A stretch of 64,000 bases of DNA from Nitrospirota bacterium (lineage in GTDB: Bacteria; Nitrospirota; UBA9217). The stretch's first letter is position 1. Every line of letters begins with the position of its first letter. This document shows positions 32,666-43,818 of this stretch, piece by piece. Location: the NCBI GenBank assembly GCA_963751455.1, contig CAVVUN010000002.1:192001-256000 (forward strand), written 5' to 3'. A program made the translations under genes and the position numbers. The notes beneath the pieces are model-generated. The model did no database searches and was not told the DNA's origin. It saw only the letters and a list, made by a program, of their open reading frames with translations.

Positions 32666-32772
32666 TACCGCGAAGACGCGAGGGACGCAAGGAAACCATG
32701 CAACATCTTTTCAGGTTTTAAAAACCCTGCTGTTGGCTTTGCTTTCCCCGCGACCATTGCGCCTTTGCGGTT
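32666..32772. repeat. Nonamer-based palindromic intergenic element
   Basis: ACCGCGAAGACGCGAGGGACGCAAGG ... TTGCGCCTTTGCGGTT; related copies at ~13593, ~40696 and ~41857-41952. Confidence 0.6.
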
Positions 32773-32840
32773 CAAGGTTTTACTTCCGGCTTGTCCGGGT
32801 TAGGATTTAGAGATTCTAATTTAGAGATTGAACTAACGTT

Positions 32841-33485
32841 ATGATGAAAAATTACGGAATACCGGTCGCATCGGAGGGATGGCCTTTCATCATCCCGCTG
32901 GCGGTGATAACCGCTCTGCTTTTTGTGTTCGGCTGGAAGTACACAGGGCTCGCAGCGCTGGTTCTTACGCTGTTTGTCCTGTTTTTTTTCCGGGACCCGG
33001 AACGCACGATACCCGGCGGACAGGATGTTGTGGTGTCTCCGGCAGACGGCCGGGTGATAGTGATCAAGGACATCCTGGAGCCTGATTTCCTGAAGCAGGA
33101 CGTAAAACAGATCAGTATTTTTCTTTCGGTATTCAACGTACATGTGAACCGATCGCCCATCAAGGGGAAGGTTGAAGTCGTGAAATACAATCCCGGGAAA
33201 TTTCATGTCGCATCCGTGGACAAGGCATCGCTCGATAATGAACAGACCGGGATGCTACTCTCGAGCGGAAGTCACAAAATACTGGTGAAGCAGATAGCAG
33301 GTCTGATCGCCCGGCGTATCGTATGCTATGCCAAACCGGGTGATGCTCTCGAGAAGGGCCAGCGGTACGGGCTGATCAGGTTCGGTTCACGGGTGGATAT
33401 TTTTCTCCCCAAAAACGCTGAAATCAAGGTCAATATCGGCGACCGGGTAAAGGGCGGCAGGGACATCATCGGAGTGCTTAAATGA
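32841..33485 (+). CDS. psd: Phosphatidylserine decarboxylase
   Basis: FFRDPER, SPADG, VHVNRSP, GLIRFGSRVD. Confidence 0.95.
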   Translation: MMKNYGIPVASEGWPFIIPLAVITALLFVFGWKYTGLAALVLTLFVLFFFRDPERTIPGGQDVVVSPADGRVIVIKDILEPDFLKQDVKQISIFLSVFNVHVNRSPIKGKVEVVKYNPGKFHVASVDKASLDNEQTGMLLSSGSHKILVKQIAGLIARRIVCYAKPGDALEKGQRYGLIRFGSRVDIFLPKNAEIKVNIGDRVKGGRDIIGVLK

Positions 33486-34234
33486 AAAAAGGGATCTATC
33501 TGCTCCCGAACCTCATGACGCTTACCAGCATGTTCCTCGGCTATTACTCGATAGTCCGATCGTTCAACGCTGACTATGAGGTGGCTGCCTGGTCGATTAT
33601 GGCGGCGTCGATCTTCGACGTGCTTGACGGCTGGGTCGCACGGATAACGCATACGGCCACAAAGTTCGGGATCGAGATCGATTCGCTGTCCGACGTGATT
33701 TCCTTCGGTGTCGCTCCAGGGGTCCTTGTCTATACCTGGACTCTCCAGTCCTTCGGCAAGATCGGGTGGCTCGGCTCTTTTTTCCTCGTTGCCTGCGCGG
33801 CGCTCCGTCTTGCCCGGTTCAATGTGCAGATGGGAAGCGTCGAGAAGAAGCATTTTACCGGCCTTCCCACGCCCGCGGCCGCGCTCGTGATCGCCACAAC
33901 GGTGCTTGCATATGAAGAGGTAGTGGATATTCTCCAGAACCTTGACCTGGTCCGGCTGGCTGACGCCGTGCGGACGGACTACTGGGTGCTCGTATTGACG
34001 TTTCTTCTTGCGGGGCTGATGGTAAGCAACATTACCTATCACAGCCTTAAGGAGGCGAATTTAAGACAGCGCCGCCCCTTCGGGATACTGGTCGGTATGG
34101 CGGCGTTTCTTGCGGTCGTGGCGTATCATCCTTCGCTTGTCCTGTTCCTGGTTTCAATGACCTATGTGGCAACCGGCCTTGCAGAAGCGTTCTACCGGCT
34201 GCTCAAGAAGAAACCCGGGGAACTCACTTCGTAG
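33482..34234 (+). CDS. pssA: CDP-diacylglycerol--serine O-phosphatidyltransferase
   Basis: LPNLMT, FDVLDGWVAR, DSLSDVISFGVAP, RLARFN. Confidence 0.95.
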   Translation: MKKGIYLLPNLMTLTSMFLGYYSIVRSFNADYEVAAWSIMAASIFDVLDGWVARITHTATKFGIEIDSLSDVISFGVAPGVLVYTWTLQSFGKIGWLGSFFLVACAALRLARFNVQMGSVEKKHFTGLPTPAAALVIATTVLAYEEVVDILQNLDLVRLADAVRTDYWVLVLTFLLAGLMVSNITYHSLKEANLRQRRPFGILVGMAAFLAVVAYHPSLVLFLVSMTYVATGLAEAFYRLLKKKPGELTS

Positions 34235-34359
34235 TCCCGGCTTTGCACGGCAATTTTGAAGCTGAAACGACGAGAGATCAAAGTTTTTTTCTGATCTCTT
34301 TTTTCATATAGAAAGAGCATCATGCAAAGAGCGGCTGCCTGTATGCCGTGGAGGAATCA

Positions 34360-35904
34360 ATGAGCAGAATCGTCAGGATATTTGATACGACGCTCCGTGA
34401 CGGCGAACAATCGCCGGGGGCCAGCATGAACACGGCGGAAAAAATAGAGATTGCGCGTCAGCTCGTGCGTCTGGGCGTCGATGTGATTGAAGCGGGATTC
34501 CCCATCTCGAGCCCCGGCGATTTCGACAGCGTCAGAAAGATCGGGACGGAAGTGGGTGACGCGGCTGTCGTCTGCGGCCTTTCGCGTGCAATAGAAAAAG
34601 ATATCGAAGTCGCGGCCGACGCACTGGCAACCGCTAAACGTCCGCGCATCCATACAGGCATCGGTGTTTCCGAGAGTCATCTCAACCACAAACTGCGCAT
34701 CAGCCGCGAAGAGGCGGTGGAACGCGCAGTAGCCGCAGTCAAACGGGCGCGCTCGTACGTGCCGGATGTCGAATTTTACGCGGAGGACGCCGGCCGCGCA
34801 GTACCGGATTTCCTGTACCGGATGATAGAAGCGGTCATCAAGGCGGGTGCTACGGTTGTCAATATCCCGGACACCACGGGCTATACGTATCCGGAGGAGT
34901 ACGGCGCACTGATCCGCGGTCTCATGGAGCACGTACCCGGTATCGAGAAGGTGACGGTGTCCGTGCATTGCCACAACGATCTGGGCATGGCCACTGCAAA
35001 CGCCCTGGCTGGGGTAAGAAACGGGGCGGGACAGGTTGAATGCACCGTGAACGGCATCGGGGAACGCGCAGGGAATACATCGATGGAAGAGGTCGTCATG
35101 GCGCTGCGTCAACGCCGCGATTATTTCGATCTCGACACGAACATCAATACGAAGGAAATCATCAGAACTTCGCGCCTGGTCTCCTCGGTCACCGGTATCG
35201 TTATCCAGCCGAACAAGGCGATTGTCGGCGCAAATGCCTTTGCGCACTCTTCCGGCATCCATCAGGATGGTGTGCTTAAAGAGCGCTCGACTTACGAGAT
35301 CATCGACCCGGCCGATGTGGGCGCAGGCGGGTCTTCCATCGTCCTTACCGCCCGATCGGGGCGGCATGCGCTGCGCCATAGGATGACCGAACTCGGCAGC
35401 GAGCTGCCTGATGCGGAATTCGAGAAAGTGTACGAAGCGTTTCTCAGCCTGGCCGATAAGAAAAAGGAAGTGTATGATGAAGACATTGAAGCGCTTATTT
35501 CCGACAAGGTAAAAAGCGTCGTTGAAGTATATATTCTCAAGAACCTCAGGGCCGAGAGCGGCACAGGCATGACTCCGACAGCCACTGTGGAAATGCAGGT
35601 GGACGGCAAGGCCGTCAAGCAGACGGGGAGCGGAGACGGACCTGTCGACGCCGTGTATCGGACGATAGCTGCGATGACGGGCACGAAAAGCAGACTCGAT
35701 GCGTACCTGGTAAAGGGCATAACGGGCGGGACTGACGCGCTCGGCGAAGTCACCGTTAAAGTCGAGGAAGCGGGCAAAAAAGTTGCCGGACACGGCGCCG
35801 ATACGGACATCATCGTGGCGAGCGCAAAAGCATATGTGAACGCGCTGAACAAACTGGAATACTGGAAGAAGGGAAAGCAGAACAGCGTGAAGGGTGGGAA
35901 GTGA
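34360..35904 (+). CDS. leuA: 2-isopropylmalate synthase
   Basis: [32 protein letters not shown]-terminal regulatory domain. Confidence 0.95.
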   Translation: MSRIVRIFDTTLRDGEQSPGASMNTAEKIEIARQLVRLGVDVIEAGFPISSPGDFDSVRKIGTEVGDAAVVCGLSRAIEKDIEVAADALATAKRPRIHTGIGVSESHLNHKLRISREEAVERAVAAVKRARSYVPDVEFYAEDAGRAVPDFLYRMIEAVIKAGATVVNIPDTTGYTYPEEYGALIRGLMEHVPGIEKVTVSVHCHNDLGMATANALAGVRNGAGQVECTVNGIGERAGNTSMEEVVMALRQRRDYFDLDTNINTKEIIRTSRLVSSVTGIVIQPNKAIVGANAFAHSSGIHQDGVLKERSTYEIIDPADVGAGGSSIVLTARSGRHALRHRMTELGSELPDAEFEKVYEAFLSLADKKKEVYDEDIEALISDKVKSVVEVYILKNLRAESGTGMTPTATVEMQVDGKAVKQTGSGDGPVDAVYRTIAAMTGTKSRLDAYLVKGITGGTDALGEVTVKVEEAGKKVAGHGADTDIIVASAKAYVNALNKLEYWKKGKQNSVKGGK

Positions 35905-36047
35905 AAGGTGAAAACGTCTTTTATATTTCACTCTTCACGTTGGAAAAAAGCAGTTGAATCTAGACTGGGGATACTGTATATTCGAAAATTGTAAACTACC
36001 AAGTCCGGTGCGCCCGGTGACGGGCTCTGAGTAGTAATAAAAAAACT

Positions 36048-37307
36048 ATGATGACCATTACTGAAAAGATACTCGCCGCTCACTGCGGCAAAAAAGAAGT
36101 AAAGCCCGGAGAACTTATCAACGCAAAGCTCGACCTGGTGCTTGCGAACGACATTACCGCTCCGATCTCCATCAAGGAGTTCCGGGCAGCGGGCGCGAAA
36201 AAGGTGTTCGATCCGGCGCGGATTGCGCTCATCCCGGACCACTTCGCCCCGAACAAGGACATTGCATCAGCCGAACAGTGCAGCATGCTCCGGCAGTTCT
36301 CGCGCGAACATGAGCTCTCGCTCTATTTCGAGGTAGGCAGGATGGGTGTTGAGCATGCCCTTCTGCCGGAGCAGGGGATTGTCGTGCCCGGAGATGTCGT
36401 GATCGGAGCCGACAGCCATACCTGCACGTACGGAGGTCTGGGCGCGTTCTCAACAGGGGTCGGCAGCACGGACGTGGCCGCGGCCATGATAACGGGCGAG
36501 GCCTGGTTCAAAGTGCCGGAAAGCATGAAATTCATTTACAAGGGCAAGCTCGGGAAATGGGTCGGCGGCAAGGACATCATTCTCCGGACTATCGGGGATA
36601 TCGGAGTGGACGGCGCCCTCTACCGCGCAATGGAGTTCACGGGAGAACCCATCCGCAAGCTGCCTATGTCGGGACGCCTTACCATCTGTAATATGGCGAT
36701 CGAGGCCGGAGGAAAGAACGGCATCATCGAGCCCGATGAAATAACCGAAAAGTATGCGGCAAAGCGCGCACAGCGCAAGTACCGGTTCTTCAAGAGCGAC
36801 AAAAAGGCCAACTATGCCGATGTGCGCGAATACGATCTGACCGGCATGGAGCCGCAGATCGCCTGTCCGCACCTTCCGGAAAACGTCAAGCCGGTGAGCG
36901 TGCTTGCATCAGTCAATATCGATCAGTCCGTGGTCGGTTCCTGTACGAACGGCAGGATCGAGGACATCCGCGAAGCGGCCAAGGTGATCAAAGGCCATAA
37001 AGTGCACCCCTATGTCCGCATGATAGTAATACCGGCCACCCAGGCGGTCTATAAACAATCGATCAAAGAAGGCCTCGTGGACGTTTTCATCGACGCGGGC
37101 GCTGCGTTCAGCACCCCGACGTGCGGTCCCTGCCTGGGCGGCCATATGGGCATTCTGGCAGCGGGAGAGAAGGCGATTTCGACGACGAACCGCAATTTCG
37201 TGGGACGCATGGGGCATCCCAAGAGCGAAGTGTACCTCTCGAACCCCGCGATTGCGGCTGCATCCGCCGTGCTTGGAAGGATCGGCAGGCCGGAAGAGCT
37301 GAAATAA
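36048..37307 (+). CDS. leuC: 3-isopropylmalate dehydratase large subunit
   Basis: [32 protein letters not shown]. Confidence 0.95.
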   Translation: MMTITEKILAAHCGKKEVKPGELINAKLDLVLANDITAPISIKEFRAAGAKKVFDPARIALIPDHFAPNKDIASAEQCSMLRQFSREHELSLYFEVGRMGVEHALLPEQGIVVPGDVVIGADSHTCTYGGLGAFSTGVGSTDVAAAMITGEAWFKVPESMKFIYKGKLGKWVGGKDIILRTIGDIGVDGALYRAMEFTGEPIRKLPMSGRLTICNMAIEAGGKNGIIEPDEITEKYAAKRAQRKYRFFKSDKKANYADVREYDLTGMEPQIACPHLPENVKPVSVLASVNIDQSVVGSCTNGRIEDIREAAKVIKGHKVHPYVRMIVIPATQAVYKQSIKEGLVDVFIDAGAAFSTPTCGPCLGGHMGILAAGEKAISTTNRNFVGRMGHPKSEVYLSNPAIAAASAVLGRIGRPEELK

Positions 37308-37321
37308 GAATCAATATCTTT

Positions 37322-37412
37322 GGACGCGGATCAACGCGAAAAAAGCGGATTAAGCAAATAGCAAAATTGTAAGATGTGAAATCTGCGTGCATCTGCGGAA
37401 TCTGCGGATAAA
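37322..37412. repeat. Nonamer palindromic element (CGCGGAT / ATCTGCG family)
   Basis: GGACGCGGATCAACGCG...ATCTGCGTGCATCTGCGGAATCTGCGG; related copies at ~50757 and ~56842. Confidence 0.55.
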
Positions 37413-37427
37413 CATCAAGAGGTTTAT

Positions 37428-37925
37428 ATGAAATTCAAAGGCAATGCATGGAAATTCGGAGCGGACATCGATACGGACGCCATCATTCCGGCCCGTTACC
37501 TGAACACTTCCGAGCCGAAGGAGCTTGCGCTGCACTGCATGGAAGATTCCGCTAATCCGGATTTTATTAAGAAAATGAAGCCGGGCGATATCATCGTGGC
37601 GGGCAAGAATTTCGGTTGCGGATCTTCCCGCGAACACGCGCCGATCGCGATAAAAGCCGCAGGAGTGTCGTGCGTTGTTGCGAAAAGCTTCGCCCGCATC
37701 TTCTACCGGAACTGCTTCAACATGGGACTTCCCATCTTCGAGAGCGCTGAAGCCGCAGAAGGGATCAGCGAGGGCGACCAGATAGAGGTGGACGCCGACG
37801 CAGGGGTAATACGGAATCTATCTACAAATAAAACCTTTCAGGTTACGCCAGTGCCGCCTTTTATGCAGGAGTTGATCGCAGCCGGAGGCCTCATGGCCTA
37901 TACGAGGAAAAAGGCGGGCCTCTGA
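37428..37925 (+). CDS. leuD: 3-isopropylmalate dehydratase small subunit
   Basis: [26 protein letters not shown]. Confidence 0.95.
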   Translation: MKFKGNAWKFGADIDTDAIIPARYLNTSEPKELALHCMEDSANPDFIKKMKPGDIIVAGKNFGCGSSREHAPIAIKAAGVSCVVAKSFARIFYRNCFNMGLPIFESAEAAEGISEGDQIEVDADAGVIRNLSTNKTFQVTPVPPFMQELIAAGGLMAYTRKKAGL

Positions 37926-38140
37926 TGTCGGCCTTTAAACCGGAGCCTTTGGTCCGTCCTCGCACGGCGACCGGCGGCATTCCTTGCGCTGTATGCGTTT
38001 ATTTCAGCAGGAACCTTGAAAAAACAGAGTATCCCGTACTGATGGAAAAGCACGAAGGGTGCGGACTGGGATTCCTTCCCGGGGATCAAGCGTGTACGGA
38101 GATGCGGACGGACAACTGCAGCGTGAGGAAATCTCTATGA
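37925..38140 (+). CDS. Small Cys-rich hypothetical protein
   Basis: Translationally coupled to leuD (TGATG) and to the HMA gene (ATGA); CxxC plus three more Cys. Confidence 0.5.
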   Translation: MSAFKPEPLVRPRTATGGIPCAVCVYFSRNLEKTEYPVLMEKHEGCGLGFLPGDQACTEMRTDNCSVRKSL

Positions 38141-38346
38141 AACGGATGAACATGAAAGTAGAAGGAATCACCTGCTCCGGATGCGCCGTTGATGTCGCTT
38201 CGGCCTTGAAGAATGCCGATGGCGTGCTGAACGCGGATGCGAGCTATTCAACAGGAGATGTAAACATAGAATTTGACCCCGGGGAAATTGACGAAAACAA
38301 AGTTCTCGAGCTCATAAAAAAACTCGGTTTGAAAAAAATATCCTGA
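38137..38346 (+). CDS. Heavy-metal-associated (CopZ-like) protein
   Basis: VEGITCSGC metal-binding motif, 69 aa. Confidence 0.85.
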   Translation: MKRMNMKVEGITCSGCAVDVASALKNADGVLNADASYSTGDVNIEFDPGEIDENKVLELIKKLGLKKIS

Positions 38347-38379
38347 TCTGTATGAATTTTATCTGAGGAGTCATCATCC

Positions 38380-39456
38380 ATGTCGACGACGTACAAGATT
38401 GCAACTATTCCCGGAGACGGAACCGGGCCGGAAGTCGTTCAGGAAGCTATAAAGGTACTTCAGGCAGCGGCAGCAAAGGGCGGGTTCAAACTGGAATTCA
38501 CGGAATTCGACTTCGGCGCAGCCCGCTATTTAAGGACCGGAGAAACCCTTCCGGACAGCGCAATCAACGAATTCCGGAAGTTCGACTCCATGTTTCTCGG
38601 CGCCATCGGACACCCGGATGTAAAACCCGGGATTCTTGAGACAGGGATTTTGCTCAAGATCCGCTTCACCCTGGATCAGTACATCAATCTCCGTCCCGTA
38701 AAGCTCTATCCGAACGTAGAGACGCCGCTCAGAGACAAGGGGCCCGAGCATATCGATTTCGTGGTTATCCGGGAGAACACGGGGGGCATCTATACGGGAC
38801 ACGGAGGAGCGACGCGCGTCGGCACCACCGAGGAGATCGCAACGCAGCTGATGGTGTATGATCGCAGGACCGTGGACAGATGCCTCAAATATGCCTTTGA
38901 ACTGAAGAAGAAACGGAATGCCGGAAACAGAAAATACGCTGAAAAGCCGATCACGCTCATCCACAAACGGAACGTGTTGACCCACTGTGGAGATCTCTGG
39001 TATCGCGCCTTCGAGGAGATGGGAGCGAAGCAGTATCCCGAGCTCAAGCGCGATTACAATCACATCGACGCAGCGAATATGTGGTTTGTCAAGAACCCGG
39101 AATGGTTCGACGTGGCCGTGACGGAGAACCTCTTCGGAGATATTATTACCGATGTCGGCGCCATGATCCAGGGAGGACTCGGTGTTGCGTCCGGCGGGAA
39201 CATCAATCCGGAAGGGGTGTCGATGTTCGAGCCCATGGGCGGCAGCGCACCGAAATACGCAGGCCAGAACGCGATCAACCCTATGGCGGCAATCGGCGCG
39301 GCCATGATGATGCTGGAATCCCTCGGCGAAGCAAAGTCCTCGCAAGCAATCGAAAATGCCATGATCTCGACCATGAAAAAGATGAAGAGCCAGGCAGCCG
39401 GGAAGATGGGCATGTCCACTACCGAGGTCGGGGACATGGTGGCGGGCCTCCTTTGA
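38380..39456 (+). CDS. leuB: 3-isopropylmalate dehydrogenase
   Basis: IPGDGTGPEV, NLRPVKL, RENT, ENLFGDI, FEP.GGSAP. Confidence 0.92.
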   Translation: MSTTYKIATIPGDGTGPEVVQEAIKVLQAAAAKGGFKLEFTEFDFGAARYLRTGETLPDSAINEFRKFDSMFLGAIGHPDVKPGILETGILLKIRFTLDQYINLRPVKLYPNVETPLRDKGPEHIDFVVIRENTGGIYTGHGGATRVGTTEEIATQLMVYDRRTVDRCLKYAFELKKKRNAGNRKYAEKPITLIHKRNVLTHCGDLWYRAFEEMGAKQYPELKRDYNHIDAANMWFVKNPEWFDVAVTENLFGDIITDVGAMIQGGLGVASGGNINPEGVSMFEPMGGSAPKYAGQNAINPMAAIGAAMMMLESLGEAKSSQAIENAMISTMKKMKSQAAGKMGMSTTEVGDMVAGLL

Positions 39457-39574
39457 ATGCGAAATGGGGAGTGCGGCATTAGGAACTGTTGGCAACCCGG
39501 AAGCTTTTTATGACTTCATCCGGGCTTCACATACCTTAACGTAAGAAATATTTTCAACAGATGGAGATGGCGAA

Positions 39575-40687
39575 ATGATGCGAACAGGTTTTATCGGTTG
39601 GCGGGGAATGGTTGGTTCCGTGCTGATGGGCCGGATGAAGGAAGAGAAGGACTTCGATTTCGTAGATCCGGTGTTCTTCACCACCTCGAACGTCGGGGGC
39701 AAGGGTCCGGACATCGGCAAGGCAGTTCCGGCGCTCAAGGATGCGAAGAACATCGATGAACTTAGGAAGCTTGACGCTATTGTCTCCTGCCAGGGCGGCG
39801 AATACACAACCGAAGTGTACCCGAAACTGCGCCAGGCCGGTTGGAAGGGCTACTGGATCGACGCCGCATCAACGCTACGCATGACGGATGATTCCATTAT
39901 CGTTCTCGATCCCGTGAACATGAAAGTGATCAAGGACGGTCTTGCAAAAGGAGTTAAAAATTATATCGGAGGAAACTGCACTGTATCGCTCATGCTCATG
40001 GCGCTCGGCGCTCTGTACGAAAGAGACCTCATCGAATGGATGAGCGCAATGACTTACCAGGCTGCATCGGGAGCGGGCGCAAACAATATGCGCGAGTTAA
40101 TCAAGCAGATGGGCTCGATCTACGGAGAGGTAAAGGACCTCCTCAACGATCCGGCGGGAGCAATTCTTGAAATTGACAAAAAGGTTTCTGACCATATTCG
40201 GTGTGAGGCCTATCCCAAGGAGTGCTTCGGCGCCCCGCTCGCCGGCAGTCTGATCCCGTGGATCGACAAGCAGCTCGACAACGGCCAGAGCAGGGAAGAA
40301 TGGAAGGGCCAGGCGGAGACGAACAAGATCCTCGGCCGGAACCGGAACCCGATTCCGATCGACGGGACATGTGTGCGTGTCGGCGCAATGCGCTGCCACA
40401 GCCAGGCGCTTACCATTAAAATGAAAAAAGATGTTCCGCTCGACGAGATTACGGAAATGATCGCGAAACACAACAAGTGGGTAAAGGTCGTGCCCAATGT
40501 TCGCGAAACATCCATGAAGGAGCTGACCCCGGCTGCCATTACCGGAACGCTTACCGTCCCGGTCGGCAGGCTAAGGAAAATGAACATGGGGCCGACATTC
40601 CTGAACGCGTTTACATGCGGAGATCAACTTCTGTGGGGCGCAGCAGAACCGCTTCGGAGAATGCTCAGGATAGTTGTGGAACAATAA
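39575..40687 (+). CDS. asd: Aspartate-semialdehyde dehydrogenase (gamma-proteobacterial type)
   Basis: [35 protein letters not shown]. Confidence 0.95.
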   Translation: MMRTGFIGWRGMVGSVLMGRMKEEKDFDFVDPVFFTTSNVGGKGPDIGKAVPALKDAKNIDELRKLDAIVSCQGGEYTTEVYPKLRQAGWKGYWIDAASTLRMTDDSIIVLDPVNMKVIKDGLAKGVKNYIGGNCTVSLMLMALGALYERDLIEWMSAMTYQAASGAGANNMRELIKQMGSIYGEVKDLLNDPAGAILEIDKKVSDHIRCEAYPKECFGAPLAGSLIPWIDKQLDNGQSREEWKGQAETNKILGRNRNPIPIDGTCVRVGAMRCHSQALTIKMKKDVPLDEITEMIAKHNKWVKVVPNVRETSMKELTPAAITGTLTVPVGRLRKMNMGPTFLNAFTCGDQLLWGAAEPLRRMLRIVVEQ

Positions 40688-40738
40688 TTAAGACTGCCGC
40701 GAAGCCTTCGCGGTTAAACAGGTTTCGGGCTTCCCAGA

Positions 40739-41773
40739 ATGCTTAAAAAGAAAACCAAATACGTCGTTGCTGTTGCCGGCGCAACTGGCGCAGTGGGCAG
40801 GGAAATGCTCGAGATCCTGGAGGAGCGCAATTTTCCCGCGGCGGAGGTCGTGCCCCTCGCCTCGGAAAGCACCGAGGGCGAGAGGGTTCAATTTAACGGC
40901 AAATCCTGGACGGTGAGGAGACTTACCGGCGACTCTTTCAAAGAGGTTGATATTGCGCTTTTCTCGGCCGGCTCCGAGCGCAGTCTCGAGTTTGCTCAGG
41001 CAGCAGTGGGATCCGGAGCGGTCGTGATCGACAACTCCAGCGCTTTTCGGATGGACCCGAAGGTCCCGCTCGTCGTACCCGAAGTCAATCCGCATGCGAT
41101 CAGGAAGCACAGCGGAATCATTGCAAATCCGAACTGCTCCACCATAGGCATGGTCCTCGCGCTCAAGCCGATCCATGACGCCGTTAAGATCAGACGGGTC
41201 GTGGTAACGACCTTTCAATCGGTATCCGGCACGGGCAAAAAAGGGATAGACGAACTGGCGCAGCAGACCGTGGCGCTCCTGAATTTCAGGGATGTTGAAA
41301 TAAAAGTTTATCCGCACCAGATCGCATTTAATTGCCTTCCTCATATAGATTCCTTCCTCGAAAACGGTTATACCCGCGAAGAGATGAAAATGGCGAACGA
41401 GACCAGGAAAATCTTGGAGGACGATTCCATCGCGGTGACCGCTACCGCTGTCCGGGTGCCGGTCTTCCGCTGCCATTCCGAATCCGTAAATATCGAGACC
41501 GAAAGAAAAATATCCGCGAACGAGGTCAGGGCCATCCTGTCCGGAGCGCCGGGCATTATTGTTTACGATGACCCGAAAAAAAATCTTTATCCCCTGGCGA
41601 TCGATACTACGGGTAAGGATGAGATATTTGTCGGCAGGATACGCGAGGACGAATCAATCCGGAACGGTATCAACCTGTGGATCGTGTCGGACAATTTGAG
41701 AAAAGGGGCCGCACTCAACGCCATTCAGATTGCTGAGGAATTGATTAAGCAGACAGCAAACAGCAGACACTAG
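40739..41773 (+). CDS. asd: Aspartate-semialdehyde dehydrogenase (type B)
   Basis: GATGAVG, IANPNCST, QSVSGTG, DNLRKGAALN. Confidence 0.95.
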   Translation: MLKKKTKYVVAVAGATGAVGREMLEILEERNFPAAEVVPLASESTEGERVQFNGKSWTVRRLTGDSFKEVDIALFSAGSERSLEFAQAAVGSGAVVIDNSSAFRMDPKVPLVVPEVNPHAIRKHSGIIANPNCSTIGMVLALKPIHDAVKIRRVVVTTFQSVSGTGKKGIDELAQQTVALLNFRDVEIKVYPHQIAFNCLPHIDSFLENGYTREEMKMANETRKILEDDSIAVTATAVRVPVFRCHSESVNIETERKISANEVRAILSGAPGIIVYDDPKKNLYPLAIDTTGKDEIFVGRIREDESIRNGINLWIVSDNLRKGAALNAIQIAEELIKQTANSRH

Positions 41774-42150
41774 TACAACGTAAACCTAGTTGTTAATAGT
41801 TCCACGACGTCATTACGGTGTGCTTTAAGCCAACAAGCCGGAACTAAAAAGATTGAACCGCGAGGGCGCAAAGGTCGCCAGGAAGGCAATACTATCCTGT
41901 GGCATATTACGGGAATTTCGCTTTCCTCGCGTTCCTCGCGACTTCGCGGTAAATGTTCCTGCCGTTTTGAGAGGAATTCGATTTGTAACTGACTACTGGA
42001 CCCGGCTAAAGGTGCAATACAATCAAGAATTAGTTTTACAGTGCACTAGTTACGAACCGGTAGAAAGCAGACTGAACACAGCAGACAGGGAGCTGATCAC
42101 TTTCCTTTATGCAGTATTCTGCCTGCTGCATACGCGTGCTCCTATTTTCC

Positions 42151-42990
42151 ATGTACAAACTCATTTCGAAAATATTCGACAAACTTGAGCGTGGGCTGGG
42201 CCCTCGCGACAAGCTTATCATCGTATCTCTTATGCTGATCATCTCGGTACTGGGGATGGTGCTTGCCGTTCGGTACTATAGTTATATTCAGAAGAATCCG
42301 GAGTTCTGCAACAGCTGTCACCTGATGGAAGAGGCATACCGGGCATGGAAACTCAGCGGGCACCGGAACATTGTATGCCAGGATTGCCATCATCTGGGGC
42401 TCATCGAGCAGAACCGGTTGCTCGTAAAATTCGTCTTTACATCCGACCGCAAGACCCCGGAACCGCATGGCAACGAAACACCGTGGAAGACGTGCACAAA
42501 GTGCCATTGGGACGAGGCTGCCCAGGGATCCCTGACCGTTAATAAATCAATCGGTCATGCACGCCATGTTTTCATGGAAAAGCTCGAGTGCAAGGATTGT
42601 CACAGCCGGAAAGTTCATGCGTTTCATCCGGACGAAGAATCATGTTTACGCTGCCATAAGGATTGGAAAGTTCACGGGATAGGGATGGAGGACATTTCTT
42701 GCCTGCGGTGCCATGCATTTTCACCGCAGAAAAGGGAGGCGTTTATACCGGATCGCGAACGGTGCCTTTCCTGTCATAGGAAATCGTCAAAATCGTCGTT
42801 CCCCGAACGAGTTCCCATGGCGAGGCTGAACTGTTACGAATGCCACAAGCCTCACGCAAAGATAAAGCCAACCGACGAAGATTGCCTGAGATGCCATACG
42901 CGCGAGGTGTTGGCGCTCAAGCAGGTGCATACATCCACAAAACGGTGCATGACCTGTCATATTCCCCATCGCTGGTCCGCGGCGCGGTAA
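42151..42990 (+). CDS. Membrane-anchored decaheme cytochrome c (NapC/NrfH-like N-terminus)
   Basis: One N-terminal TM helix and 10 CxxCH motifs. Confidence 0.9.
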   Translation: MYKLISKIFDKLERGLGPRDKLIIVSLMLIISVLGMVLAVRYYSYIQKNPEFCNSCHLMEEAYRAWKLSGHRNIVCQDCHHLGLIEQNRLLVKFVFTSDRKTPEPHGNETPWKTCTKCHWDEAAQGSLTVNKSIGHARHVFMEKLECKDCHSRKVHAFHPDEESCLRCHKDWKVHGIGMEDISCLRCHAFSPQKREAFIPDRERCLSCHRKSSKSSFPERVPMARLNCYECHKPHAKIKPTDEDCLRCHTREVLALKQVHTSTKRCMTCHIPHRWSAAR

Positions 42991-43000
42991 AACGGCACGC

Positions 43001-43255
43001 TTACTTACGTTGTTTTTTTGCTTTATTTCCGATGCCAGCGGCGAAAATTTCGTTCGCCGCGACATCATAAATGCCGCACAACGTGATAAGCTTCATGAGG
43101 CTCGGATTCGTCTCTTTTCCGGATTCGAGTCGCGAGATATAACCCTGGGTAATCCTCCCGCGATGGTCCCGGCATTGTTCCGAGATCCTGGCCACCTGAC
43201 TCATCGAAAGCTTGCTTCTGATACGTAATTTTTTTAATTTTTCTGAGAGTTTCAT
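43001..43255 (-). CDS. XRE-family HTH regulator
   Basis: LSEKLKKLR...LSMSQVA...QGYISRLESGKETNPS. Confidence 0.8.
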   Translation of the reverse strand: MKLSEKLKKLRIRSKLSMSQVARISEQCRDHRGRITQGYISRLESGKETNPSLMKLITLCGIYDVAANEIFAAGIGNKAKKQRK

Positions 43256-43440
43256 ATCGGACAATATATAACCTGATTTTTGAATAATGTCAACATTAAG
43301 TTGCAATATTTTTTTTCGATGGTTGTTCAAAAATGCAAATGTTTGTGCTATATTTAAAACTATAATTTTAGATTAATTCATTTATTAAATTATTGACAAA
43401 AAACTCACGGTGGAAATCTATCGTCTTAGAGGAGAGGGCT

Positions 43441-43629
43441 ATGTATAACATTGATGTTCTTGAGAAAAAGCGGCTGGAAAAGGGTTTAAGCTATACGGAG
43501 ATCGCGGACAAACTCGGCATGCACAAAGTCACTGTGTCCCGAACGCTTAAGGGAGTTACCATGAAGCCCCGTACAGTAAAGCTTCTGGCTGACTACCTCG
43601 GCGTCGAGATGGAGAGGATTGTGCAGTAA
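43441..43629 (+). CDS. Small XRE/Cro-like HTH regulator
   Basis: RLEKGLSYTEIADKLGMHKVTVSR...LADYLGV. Confidence 0.8.
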   Translation: MYNIDVLEKKRLEKGLSYTEIADKLGMHKVTVSRTLKGVTMKPRTVKLLADYLGVEMERIVQ

Positions 43630-43671
43630 GAGTTTGCAGGCTCCACACAATCTTAAGCAGTTTTAATGATG

Positions 43672-43700
43672 AAGGGTAAGGCATGTGCCTTGCCCTTTTT
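43672..43700 (+). terminator. Intrinsic terminator
   Basis: AAGGGTAAGGCA-tg-TGCCTTGCCCTT plus T-run. Confidence 0.65.
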
Positions 43701-43818
43701 GTTTGCGTCCCTGCTCATGGTAGTCTCGATCAACAGGAGACGAATTTTTTGTTTTTCTGAGATTGATACGAAATATGGTAGTATCATACTCTACAAAAGC
43801 GCTATTCAGGAGTATCGG

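Noticed and set aside
34357-35931. Long antisense ORFs over leuA (likewise over ilvC, leuB, rluB and asd)
   Set aside because: Shadow frames of GC-rich conserved genes
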